Shown here one piece after another: positions 1 through 8,818 of a stretch of 32,000 nt of DNA. The notes under the pieces are model-generated. The model was not told the origin of the DNA. It ran no database searches and saw only the letters and a program-made list of their open reading frames with translations. Source of the stretch: Candidatus Scalindua sp. GTDB lineage: Bacteria > Planctomycetota > Brocadiia > Brocadiales > Scalinduaceae. The position numbers and the translations under genes are program-made. Each line of letters starts with the position of its first letter. The first letter of the stretch is position 1. Location: positions 2,370,001 through 2,402,000 of the forward strand of contig JALDRA010000001.1 of NCBI GenBank assembly GCA_031316235.1, in the 5' to 3' direction.

Positions 1-1
1 T

Positions 2-913
2 GTAAATGCGCGAAATAAAAAGAATGAAGTACCCTTACACCTTATTACAGAAGGGCCCCTGGACATCCTTAAGATGGCAAAATTATTACTATCTGCAGGT
101 GCGGATGTGAATGCCAGTGATGCACAGGAAAAAACACCATTACACTGGGCAGTTGAACGGAATTACTACGACATGGTTAAGGTGCTCGTGAAAAAAGGAG
201 CTGGGGTAAATGTAAAGGACAAAAGTGGTGATGCACCCCTGCATCAAGCAGCTCAAGGGGGTAATAAGGCCATAGCCAAGTTTCTCATTAAAAAGGGAGC
301 TGATATCAATTTACAGAATAATAATGGCAAGGCCCCGATAGAGAATGCTGTTCATAATAAACATAAGCGTTTGATCAAATTGTTTATTGCATATGGTGTA
401 GATATAAATACCAAATTTAAGGATGGACAAACAATGCTCCATCTGGCTGCTCAGGAAAATATGTCAAGGATTGTTAAACTCCTTATTTCCAGAGGAGCTG
501 ATGTTCAAGGGCAGGATAAAAACGGCAAGACCCCTTTGCATATAGCGGCTTACGAGGGACATGAGAGTATGATCAAATTGCTGTTGAACAGAGGGGCGGA
601 CATTAATGCGGAGGATGAACAGGGCAACACCCCTTTATATTTCGTGATCAAGCAGGGGAATTATGACATAATGAAATTACTCATTATTAAGGGCGCGGAC
701 ATAAACCACAGAAACAAGAGCGGCGAAACACCATTACACTGGTCGGTTGATTGTGGGACAAAGGATCAACAAAAATTGATAAAGGTGCTTTTAAAGTATA
801 AAGTTCATATTAACGTAAAAGATGTGAATGGCGAAACACCTCTCTACTGGGCAAACCAGAGAGGCCATAACGACATTGTTAAAATACTCGAGAGATCAGG
901 AGCTAAAGAGTAG
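2..913 (+). CDS. Ankyrin-repeat protein, 5' end outside window
   Basis: The frame is open from nt 2 (VNARNKKNEVPLHLITEG...) into the listed ORF 74..913. It holds about 8 tandem 33-aa ANK units with the TPLH...GAD(V/I)N signature, e.g. EKTPLHWAVERNYYDMVKVLVKKGAGVNVKD and GKTPLHIAAYEGHESMIKLLLNRGADINAED. Confidence 0.9.
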   Translation, partial: VNARNKKNEVPLHLITEGPLDILKMAKLLLSAGADVNASDAQEKTPLHWAVERNYYDMVKVLVKKGAGVNVKDKSGDAPLHQAAQGGNKAIAKFLIKKGADINLQNNNGKAPIENAVHNKHKRLIKLFIAYGVDINTKFKDGQTMLHLAAQENMSRIVKLLISRGADVQGQDKNGKTPLHIAAYEGHESMIKLLLNRGADINAEDEQGNTPLYFVIKQGNYDIMKLLIIKGADINHRNKSGETPLHWSVDCGTKDQQKLIKVLLKYKVHINVKDVNGETPLYWANQRGHNDIVKILERSGAKE

Positions 914-914
914 T

Positions 915-1030
915 TATACTCATCTCATAATGGTTTTCGGACAAAATCCGGCGAAAAAAGGAGCGAGTAAGGTCCTCGGCGTTTTTTGTCCGGGGATACC
1001 GGCAATCAGGCTCTGGTTTTGGTACAAATG
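915..1030 (+). repeat. Intergenic three-hairpin repeat, copy 1 (long form, diverged 3' third)
   Basis: Starts 2 nt after the ankyrin stop with the head TATACTCATCTCATAATGGTTTTCGGA. It aligns by eye to copies at 2625-2763, 2862-2974, 13555-13695 and 21178-21289. It contains the internal module GGTCCTCGGCGTTTTTTGTCCGGGGA. Confidence 0.85.
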
Positions 1031-1147
1031 AATTAAGCCTTGGTCTTTTAGCCTGGGGGCGTGTAAGATTTCAACACGGGTTTGCGCCTCAAATATTCTC
1101 TCCTGCCTCCTGGATACCTTCTCACAAGCTCTCTGCAGCACCCTTTT

Positions 1148-2074
1148 TTACAGACCCAGGACCAGAGAAATACTGTACTTGAAATCGTATCGTTCATCTT
1201 CGGATGAATCAAGTTCGTTGTATAAGCCAAATTTTACGCCCATGTTACGGTAGTGATTTAAATCAAACTTCCAATCGAGCGTAGTCACGTTACGGTACTC
1301 ACCCTTGTTTGATAGGCTTGGGTAGAAATCGTTAGTGAACCCAAGCGTATGTTTATCCCGGATTTTCCACATCATTTCAACACCCAGGTCCGCTTCAATA
1401 ACCGTTGTATCATTCTCATCGCCTTCAGTATGGTACGTGCTTGGTCCGAACCTGCTGAGGAGCTTCAAATTGTCTTTTTTTATAAATTCATAACCGAGCC
1501 CGGCTGAAGATCTTGTACGATAATCCCAATCCTTGAATCGATCCCAGTCGTAACCGAATTTGGAAAAATAGAACCATTTCGAATTTGGAAGGAGCCAGTC
1601 TCGAATCAGGTTGGCAGTTAAACGATTTTCTTCGACCTCGCTATTCTCCTCTGTCAGAAGGTAAAACATGGAAAAATGCCAGCGCCTTTTATGATCCTTG
1701 TATCTCATTTCGTACAATGAACGAAACTTCGAATTATTCGAGACACCGACCGCCCCGTTGAGGCCGACTTCAAGGGAACGTTTCCAGTTACGAAAGAGTC
1801 TTGAATAGAAAAGACCTTTATCAACATGGGGGATAGCGGTAACCTTTTCACCAGGTGCTGTTTTACCCTCGTAATTGATTGAAGCGATGTGTTCCCATAG
1901 AATGGTAAAGGAGCCAAGATTTGTGTGTTTAATATATAACTCTTTATCGGTTCGCTTTGTAACAATGGCGTGTAACGTGTCGCCATTTTGAAGGGTAATT
2001 ATTTCCGCTGATAATGAGATTGGACTCAAAAACAGTATGATGAAAATAAGGAATCGAAATAAAGAGCTGTTCAT
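1148..2074 (-). CDS. DUF481 (YdiY-like) outer-membrane beta-barrel protein
   Basis: The listed ORF is 1148..2113. The internal ATG at 2074 gives a signal peptide, MNSSLFRFLIFIILFLSPISLSAE, and is preceded by GGGAGAAG. The N-terminal part reads ITLQNGDTLHAIV...LYIKH. Alternating aromatic/polar strands follow (WHFSMFYLLTEE, WFYFSKFGYDWDRFKDWDYR, YDFKYSISLVLGL ending in an aromatic-x-hydrophobic tail), as I remember for DUF481. Confidence 0.75.
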   Translation of the reverse strand: MNSSLFRFLIFIILFLSPISLSAEIITLQNGDTLHAIVTKRTDKELYIKHTNLGSFTILWEHIASINYEGKTAPGEKVTAIPHVDKGLFYSRLFRNWKRSLEVGLNGAVGVSNNSKFRSLYEMRYKDHKRRWHFSMFYLLTEENSEVEENRLTANLIRDWLLPNSKWFYFSKFGYDWDRFKDWDYRTRSSAGLGYEFIKKDNLKLLSRFGPSTYHTEGDENDTTVIEADLGVEMMWKIRDKHTLGFTNDFYPSLSNKGEYRNVTTLDWKFDLNHYRNMGVKFGLYNELDSSEDERYDFKYSISLVLGL

Positions 2075-2624
2075 TCTTGATTCTTCTCCCAGTTGATTTG
2101 TAAAAGGGTGCATGGTTTTAAGATGAAATACCGTTCACAGTGAAAATCCTCTGCTTTTGTTTAATCAAAAAATCAAAATTTCAAGCAAACTCCTGCCCTG
2201 AAATTCTAAAAACCATTTTGTAATGGGTATGGTATCAATCCCTTCGAGTCTGTTCGTATGGATATGATAATCACAATGATTAAAAATGCCATAATTATAT
2301 TTCTGGAGCAGGGGAAAAATTTTTCCTTTTAATCATGAAAAAATATATTATCATATTTTGGCAGTTAGTCAGCCTCACCCAACTTTATACCAAAGCTCCC
2401 GACTATATCCATACTGTTGATTATCTGTCCAGAAAAAGGTGTAATGCATGATCCCTCCAGAGGGTTAAACGGCCTGCGGTTAAATTGTAACGATCACTCA
2501 GGAGCAGCTTCAGGCAGCAGAGAGAAACAAAAGCTTTTTGATGTGGCAGGAGATGCTAACGGGGGAGTATCCATTTTCCGATTGTGCTGTACTGTCACGA
2601 TAGTAAATGTATGCTCTTTAAGAG

Positions 2625-2763
2625 TATACTAAAACCGATCTGGTTTTCGGATTTACCGGAAATCAAATCCTGGTGAAGGTATCCCCGGACAAAAAGCGCC
2701 GAGGGCTTTACTCGCTCAATTTTATCCCGGATTTTATCCGAAAACCATTATGAGATGAGTATA
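2625..2763 (-). repeat. Intergenic three-hairpin repeat, copy 2 (full-length long form)
   Basis: 139 nt. The reverse complement begins TATACTCATCTCATAATGGTTTTCGGATAAAATCCGGG and ends CGGTTTTAGTATA. It shares a 32-nt identical block, CAAATCCTGGTGAAGGTATCCCCGGACAAAAA, with copy 4. Confidence 0.9.
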
Positions 2764-2839
2764 TGATAGAGAGAACCGTATTATTTCATAATGATGCCTG
2801 CATTGGTTCTTATTAATATACAGGAATAACAAAGAAAGC

Positions 2840-5800
2840 ATGAATAGTAAAAAAGTGGCAATATACACATCTTATGATGGTTTTCGGATAAAATCCGGGA
2901 AAAGACGGAGTGAGTATACCAGCAATCAGGCTCTGGTTTTTAGAAAAATCAAAAACCAAATCGGTTTCAGTATAGTTACTGCTCTGTTAATTTCCGTGAT
3001 GCACATTGTAATGTGTGAAATCGGGAATTGCAACCAAACTTCTACGGTCGAGAATTTAACGGAAAAACAGGCTGAAACCATAAAATATATAAATAAGATC
3101 CTTGAAAATCATGAAACGTATCTGATTCGTCAGGGATCAGAGTTAGGCATCCTCAGGGGGAAATTAAATAAGCTTGAAGCTTCACGTAAGGCATTACCTG
3201 CTGATAAGACAGGTGGAGCAGCCCTCGATTTCAATTCGGAGCTTAACGGTATTATTAAAGAGAGGGTAAACACCTTAAAAGAGACGATAAAAGTCAGAGT
3301 GGAGATTGTTAAAGAGGCGAACACCTATAAGAGGGTTCTCAAAATCCTGTCGTCTCTGGCAGAAAGGAAAAACAGGCTGCAGGATGAATCCGCCCGACAG
3401 CCGGCATCCCAATTCGAAAGTATTCTCAAAGAAGTGGCACTTGCCAAGACACGTCTTGAAGTAATCCGGACTGCCGTGAAAGAGATGGAAATCTCCCTCG
3501 CGGCCTCAGAAACAACCCTTGATTCAGCAAAATTAAAATCTGAAGACGAGAAAAAGAGACTCGGGAAGAAGCTGGAATCGCTCGTCGCCCAGACAGCACA
3601 GACAGAGGACGAAGTGAAACAGATTGAGAATAACAGGCAGCTCCTTAAGAATAAGATTAAACTGATTGATGAAAAAACAGAATTTCTCAGAAACCAGAAC
3701 ACTCTTGCGAGACTCCGCCTGCAAACTGCCCAGATTCAAGAGAATAATATCCAGTCAGAAATTGATATCAATACGCAAATTGCCGCTATTTTGTCTCAAA
3801 GGTTCAAGGAGGAGGAGGCAACCAGTAAGAGAGCGAAAGAAGAGAGAGCGAGAATAGCGGAAGAGGAGAGAAACAAAAGAACAGAGGAGGAAAAGGTAAA
3901 GATTGAACGAGAGAAGGAGCTGGCATTAAAAAAAGCGGATGCAGCCCTGCAGAAACAGATCGAGGAGATATCGCCGGAAAAGAAAAGGGTCTTGGAGGTT
4001 GAAGCTGATGTTCACAAACAAGAGGGAATTATCGCAACGATAAAGGATGAATTAATCAACGAAGACACGGAAAGGTACAAAGACCGTACCGAGCTTAAAA
4101 TGGTATCAGATGCGATCGAAAAGATGCTTGGCGGTGAAAATACCTCCAGTGAAATCGATGAAGAGCTGCAAATCATTGAAACCCACTTAAAAAGAGCGTC
4201 CGGCAAGGTAGAGACCATTCAGGGGTTTCTGGTTGCTGTCGAAAAGCAGAGAGCCATCATAAATGAAAGTTTGGAAAATGTACGTGCAACTCTGTCGTCA
4301 ACCACACCCGGGCAGAAATCAAGTATAGAAAAAGAGGCGGAGGGCTTTTCAGACAAGGTACAGGCGGAAAAACTCGTAAAGTTTGCAGATTTGCGGTTGA
4401 AACTTATCGAAGAACAGGCTGAGCTTATACAGACCAAAATAGAAAGGCTGAATGAACGGCTGGAAATAAACAAGATTCTATACGAGAAATTGATGCGGTC
4501 CAAAAAAGAATTTTCACAGATACGGGCTGCAAATGTCTGGGCAAGGCGTGAGAATACGATTTCAAGAGATACCTTCCAGTCAGTACTCTCTGATATAAGG
4601 AGTCTAAAAAACAAGTCGGTTGGTTTCTTTAACGTATCAATCCAGAATGTAAAAAAAATCCGTCTCTTTCTTTCAGACACGGGGAATATGCGGGAAGTTG
4701 TTAAAAAACTCTCTATTATCACAGCCGTTATCCTGCTTTCATATTTTATGAGAAGTTATCTGAAGAGGTGGGCAAGAGAGAAGAAAGAGAAGTTCATAAC
4801 GATTACCCCTCAGACTTTTTTCACCTTCAAGCTCGTACCGGGACTCCTGCAGATCATGCTTGATACCTTGACGGTATCTCTCCTGTTTGTTATCTCTTTG
4901 TCAATATCTATTACTGTACCATCCAGGGCACCCCTACTCCTGTCCGCCATGTATGGATTTGCTATCTTCTCGGTTTATAAACTTCTTAAAGGCTTTGTTG
5001 AAGAGTCTTTCAGTCCCTATGGCGGAAAGCGGTGGGCCAAAATTCCCTATTTTTCTGCCAAGCTGTTGTTCCGGGATTTAAACATACTTCTCATCTTTTC
5101 CGCTGTTTCTCTTACATTACTGTCAGTCCTGTCCGCTCACCAGTATGCTAAAAAAGATGTCATGGAGCTGATATGGTTTGTGTACCGAATCGTTTCGCTG
5201 TTTCTCATCATCCTCATTGCCGCCAAACAGAGATCATATCTGCTCAGGTTATTACCCTATCCGGGGAGTGCTCTCGGCAAGATTATTAATAAAATCATTA
5301 ACCTCATTTACCCATTGCTTATAGGCTTTGTTATCTCGCTCTTTGCCTTACGAAGCCTTGGATTCGTCTTATTGACTTATGCGCTGATATGGACCCTGAT
5401 AAAAACAATATCGGTAGTAATCATTTTCTACATAGCACATGTGTATCTCTTGAAGCTGCTTCTGCATTCACAGAAAAACCGGTTAAAGGAGTGCAGGCTG
5501 CTGGAAATAAAAGAGATGGAAACTGAAGAACGGGGAATAAATGTCAGGTTCAGGGTGTACCAGAAAATTTTACACTATGGGACGGTAACCCTGTCAGTAG
5601 TTATGGTACTCGGGATATTGAATGATACCTTTAAAGATGTAGTCAGCTCTCCTGCCGCACCAGTGATGTTTCTTGAGGTGTATGAAAGTGTTTTGTATGT
5701 GCTTGTTTCAATAAAGAACAGTTTGACCTATAAATTTGGCCTTGCTGAGGGAAGATATACCACACCCTTTAAGATGCTGTTTGGTATCCTGGTCCTGGCG

Positions 5801-6565
5801 TTTGCGTTCGTACTTGCAAGGTATTTGAAAGGAGTCCTGCAGACACGATTTTATGATAAGTCTACGTTGGAACTGGGGGTTCAACAATCTATTTCGGCCG
5901 GGGTTAAATATTCCATAATCGGAATTGCCGCTATCATAGGATTAAATGTTGCAGGTATCCCTTTACAGAGCCTCACAATTTTCGCCGGTGCCTTTGGTAT
6001 TGGTGTAGGTTTCGGGATGCAGAATATCATCAACAATCTGGTAAGCGGAATTATCATTCTTTTTGAGAGGCCGATTAAGATTGGAGATGTAATAAATATT
6101 CAAGGGGATATCGGTGGTACAGTAGAAAATATCAGTATCCGAAGCACCACGATAAAGACCTTTGACAGGACAACGGCAGTTGTGCCTAACTCCAAGTTCC
6201 TGGAGGGAAGCGTAATCAATTGGGTACATGGAGGAGATATGCTTCTGAGGGCAAAAATAATTGTTGGTGTGGCTTATGGCTCAAATACCGAACTTGTCCA
6301 TGAGTGTCTGTTAAAAGTCTCCCATTCACATCCTGATGTGGAGAAAGATCCTGAACCGGTTGTACGCTTTGCAGAGTTTGGGGACAGTTCCTTGAATTTT
6401 CAATTATATGTCTGGGCCCACATAAGCAAACGATGGATGGTGATCAGCGATTTGCACTTTGCAATAGACAAGATTTTTAGAGAAAACGGAATTGAGATTG
6501 CCTTTCCGCAGAGAGATCTGCACATTCGCTCTGCGATACCAATGAAGACAGAGTTCACCAGGTAA
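2840..6565 (+). CDS. MscK/KefA-like giant mechanosensitive channel (MscS family) with a long N-terminal coiled coil
   Basis: The C-terminal MscS core reads GIGVGFGMQNIINNLVSGIIILFERPIKIGDVINIQGDIGGTVENISIRSTTIKTFDRTTAVVPNSKF. A multi-TM block spans about aa 640-1010. About 550 aa are charged, heptad-rich sequence (EEERNKRTEEEKVKIEREKELALKK). The start is uncertain: codons 8-45 are encoded by repeat copy 3, and the next ATG is at 2999. Confidence 0.85.
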   Translation: MNSKKVAIYTSYDGFRIKSGKRRSEYTSNQALVFRKIKNQIGFSIVTALLISVMHIVMCEIGNCNQTSTVENLTEKQAETIKYINKILENHETYLIRQGSELGILRGKLNKLEASRKALPADKTGGAALDFNSELNGIIKERVNTLKETIKVRVEIVKEANTYKRVLKILSSLAERKNRLQDESARQPASQFESILKEVALAKTRLEVIRTAVKEMEISLAASETTLDSAKLKSEDEKKRLGKKLESLVAQTAQTEDEVKQIENNRQLLKNKIKLIDEKTEFLRNQNTLARLRLQTAQIQENNIQSEIDINTQIAAILSQRFKEEEATSKRAKEERARIAEEERNKRTEEEKVKIEREKELALKKADAALQKQIEEISPEKKRVLEVEADVHKQEGIIATIKDELINEDTERYKDRTELKMVSDAIEKMLGGENTSSEIDEELQIIETHLKRASGKVETIQGFLVAVEKQRAIINESLENVRATLSSTTPGQKSSIEKEAEGFSDKVQAEKLVKFADLRLKLIEEQAELIQTKIERLNERLEINKILYEKLMRSKKEFSQIRAANVWARRENTISRDTFQSVLSDIRSLKNKSVGFFNVSIQNVKKIRLFLSDTGNMREVVKKLSIITAVILLSYFMRSYLKRWAREKKEKFITITPQTFFTFKLVPGLLQIMLDTLTVSLLFVISLSISITVPSRAPLLLSAMYGFAIFSVYKLLKGFVEESFSPYGGKRWAKIPYFSAKLLFRDLNILLIFSAVSLTLLSVLSAHQYAKKDVMELIWFVYRIVSLFLIILIAAKQRSYLLRLLPYPGSALGKIINKIINLIYPLLIGFVISLFALRSLGFVLLTYALIWTLIKTISVVIIFYIAHVYLLKLLLHSQKNRLKECRLLEIKEMETEERGINVRFRVYQKILHYGTVTLSVVMVLGILNDTFKDVVSSPAAPVMFLEVYESVLYVLVSIKNSLTYKFGLAEGRYTTPFKMLFGILVLAFAFVLARYLKGVLQTRFYDKSTLELGVQQSISAGVKYSIIGIAAIIGLNVAGIPLQSLTIFAGAFGIGVGFGMQNIINNLVSGIIILFERPIKIGDVINIQGDIGGTVENISIRSTTIKTFDRTTAVVPNSKFLEGSVINWVHGGDMLLRAKIIVGVAYGSNTELVHECLLKVSHSHPDVEKDPEPVVRFAEFGDSSLNFQLYVWAHISKRWMVISDLHFAIDKIFRENGIEIAFPQRDLHIRSAIPMKTEFTR
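2862..2974 (+). repeat. Intergenic three-hairpin repeat, copy 3 (short form), inside the 5' end of the MscK ORF
   Basis: TATACACATCTTATGATGGTTTTCGGATAAAATCCGGG...AACCAAATCGGTTTCAGTATA. It lacks the 27-nt internal module. It lies head-to-head with copy 2, 98 bp away. Confidence 0.85.
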
Positions 6566-6686
6566 TGCAGTTATCAATTTTTATCCTTTTCCCGGTAGTG
6601 AGAGAAATCGTAAGCGGGAAGCATGCAGATGGTAGAACACTTTTATGAGTCCTGGGTTTGTTTTTTTGTGAAGGGGGGAGATTTCA

Positions 6687-7247
6687 GTGTTAAAAACGGG
6701 TAAAAAACTGCTTTTTGTTACCGTAATGGTCTATTTTCTTGTAAACGCTCCGGTAATTGCTGAGGAACCTTCACAGAAGCGCATGTTTGTATCACCGCAG
6801 GATATCGGAATAGAAAAGGCAGTAGATAGAGCAAAAAAGACAGTGAGAATGATAGATGATATGTATAAGACATTTATTGTTCTTGTCACAAAAGAGTATG
6901 TGACAGATCCGACCATGTTTTCTGCTCTTATTCTCTCCAAAAAAGTGTTTGAAGCAATGAGTAAAAAGGGGTGGCATGAGGCGAGATTGCTGGGCACAGA
7001 CGAAGCTCCGCATAATCCGGAGAATTCCCCGAAAGATGGTTTTGAAAGAGATGCCGTTGAAGCGTTGATCTCCGGGAAAAACTATTATGAAAAAGTTGAA
7101 ATGGTCGAGGGCAAATACTATTTACGCTCAGCTACCAGTGTAATTGCTGTTATGGAGGGATGTACGATCTGTCACCCGGGTAAAAAAGTCGGAGATCTTT
7201 TAGGTGCCATCTCATACAGAATATCGGTGAATGAGTATTTTGATTAA
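6687..7247 (+). CDS. DUF3365 (Tll0287-like) periplasmic c-type haem protein
   Basis: GTG start preceded by GGGGGGAG. Signal peptide KKLLFVTVMVYFLVNAPVIAEE. A single CXXCH motif (CTICH, nt 7161-7175) sits near the C-terminus, after NPENSPKDGFERDAVEALISG...YYLRSAT. This layout matches what I remember of DUF3365. Confidence 0.7.
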   Translation: MLKTGKKLLFVTVMVYFLVNAPVIAEEPSQKRMFVSPQDIGIEKAVDRAKKTVRMIDDMYKTFIVLVTKEYVTDPTMFSALILSKKVFEAMSKKGWHEARLLGTDEAPHNPENSPKDGFERDAVEALISGKNYYEKVEMVEGKYYLRSATSVIAVMEGCTICHPGKKVGDLLGAISYRISVNEYFD

Positions 7248-7266
7248 AAAAGGACAAGGATAGGTT

Positions 7267-8577
7267 ATGTCAGTTAATAACGCCTTATTATCAGTTATCA
7301 GGAGACTGATCGAAGAGGATCATATGATGGCTGCACGAATAATCGAGAGCCTGGATGATTCAGAGGCTCTTGATGTTATGAAAGCCATTCCTCCTCTGCA
7401 GTCCGTAAAGGTGATTTATGACCTGCAGCCAAGTCTTGTTGCCTCATTTCTGATTCAGCTTCCGGATGAATTCTTCGAGGGAATTGTTGACAATCTGGAT
7501 CCTCAAAAAATCAGTGATATAATACTCAGCTTACCGGATGAAATGAGAGACAACCTGCTTGAAAAGACTCCTGAAAAGAAAAAGAGACTTATCAGGGAAT
7601 TGCTCACGTTCCCGGAAGACAGTGTCGGCCGTATTATGAGCAGAGACTATCCGGCATTTCGTGTTGACATAAAAGTGATGGACGTTATTAACAAGATCAG
7701 GTTTATGGCACGCAGGAAAGCATCATTTGCTTACGCTTATGTGGTGGACAGTGATCATCGGTTAGTAGGGATATTGCGTATGTTCGATCTCCTTGCAGCA
7801 TCAAGAGATGCTACGGTAGGGGCAATTATGAGAAAAGAGGTATTTTCTATAGACAGCTTTTCAAGTATAGAGCAAGCCAGCAACTATTTTAAAGTACACA
7901 GGTATTCAGCTGCACCTGTTGTGAATAGCGAAAACCGCCTGCTTGGAATTGTGAAAGCTGAAAAATTAATCCAGGAGGCATGGGAAGATATTGGTGAAGA
8001 TATCCAGAAGATGGTTGGAGTAGCACCTGAGGAACGCACATTTTCATCTATATGGTTTTCTCTCCGCAAACGTCTGCCGTGGCTTAATGTGAACCTGGCA
8101 ACTGCGTTTGCAGCCGCCGGTGTAATTGCAGTATTTGAGGATATTATCCATCAGATTACGGCCCTGGCAATCTTTCTTCCTGTTGTTGCAGGGCAGGGGG
8201 GTAATGCTGGTGCACAGACCCTGGCGGTTGTCATGAGAGGGCTGGTAATGCGGGAAATTTCCAGGGGCAGGTTTAAAGGGTTGATCTTGAAGGAGGGTAT
8301 TTTAGGCACTCTGAATGGAATTATCATAGGTCTCATAACCGCTGTGATAGCATGGATGTGGAAGGGTAATCCGTACCTGGGAATCGTTGTTGGTCTGGGA
8401 ATGATTGTAAATATGGTCGCAGCAGGTTTTGCCGGAGCTATAATCCCGATAGTTATGAAGAAACTTGGGATAGATCCGGCTCAATCATCAAGCATTATCT
8501 TGACAACAATTACTGATATCGTGGGATTCTTTGCATTCCTGAGCTTTGCTGTGATGTTCCAGGAATTTATCATGTAA
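7267..8577 (+). CDS. mgtE: Magnesium transporter MgtE
   Basis: 436 aa. The N-domain is acidic and helical. A CBS pair follows (VGRIMSRDYPAFRVDIKVMDVINKI..., VGAIMRKEVFSIDSFSSIEQA...AAPVVNSENRLLGIV). The TM domain carries PVVAGQGGNAGAQTLAVVMRGL and ITTITDIVGFFAFL. The gene starts 19 nt after the upstream gene. Confidence 0.92.
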   Translation: MSVNNALLSVIRRLIEEDHMMAARIIESLDDSEALDVMKAIPPLQSVKVIYDLQPSLVASFLIQLPDEFFEGIVDNLDPQKISDIILSLPDEMRDNLLEKTPEKKKRLIRELLTFPEDSVGRIMSRDYPAFRVDIKVMDVINKIRFMARRKASFAYAYVVDSDHRLVGILRMFDLLAASRDATVGAIMRKEVFSIDSFSSIEQASNYFKVHRYSAAPVVNSENRLLGIVKAEKLIQEAWEDIGEDIQKMVGVAPEERTFSSIWFSLRKRLPWLNVNLATAFAAAGVIAVFEDIIHQITALAIFLPVVAGQGGNAGAQTLAVVMRGLVMREISRGRFKGLILKEGILGTLNGIIIGLITAVIAWMWKGNPYLGIVVGLGMIVNMVAAGFAGAIIPIVMKKLGIDPAQSSSIILTTITDIVGFFAFLSFAVMFQEFIM

Positions 8578-8818
8578 AACTTCATGTTGAAAATGAGACA
8601 ATCAAGCTTAACGGCAGAGGCCGGCTGCCTGTTGAAACAGGTGCGGAAATCGGTATTTTTTAGTCAATACAGATCAGGCGGGTATATTTTAGTGAAGAGT
8701 GTGGGAATTTGCAATTGTCATCCTTTCTCGATCCGCCTCGGGAATCAGACGCAGCGAGATGGTTTCTTACACAAGGTAAGTCTGGGGGGCAGTATCCTCA
8801 AAAAATTATGACTACCTG

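Noticed and set aside
828-1141. ORFs crossing the repeat copies (828-1031, 920-1141, 13529-13711, 21131-21394)
   Set aside because: Translations of different copies agree only where the DNA is identical. Indels shift the frame between copies and stops differ, so the repeat is non-coding.
2417-2632. 71-aa TTG-start ORF in the DUF481/MscK intergenic region; also a 38-aa MKKYIIIFWQ... ORF at 2337
   Set aside because: No SD and no recognisable domain. The first runs into the repeat. The region is more likely promoter or decayed sequence.
3130-4722. Long antisense ORFs (64-167 aa) opposite the MscK coiled-coil region
   Set aside because: The sense strand here is rich in GAA/AAG/GAG codons, whose complement lacks stop codons. 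The products are low-complexity Ser/Phe/Leu strings with no SD, and the sense-strand gene is clearly real.
7248-7266. Possible Mg2+ (M-box) riboswitch upstream of mgtE
   Set aside because: Only 19 nt separate mgtE from the upstream gene, far too short for an M-box.
8584-8811. 75-aa ORF between the convergent mgtE and DUF1704 genes
   Set aside because: No RBS and an odd composition. It occupies the 3' intergenic gap of two convergent genes. I also could not find a convincing terminator here.
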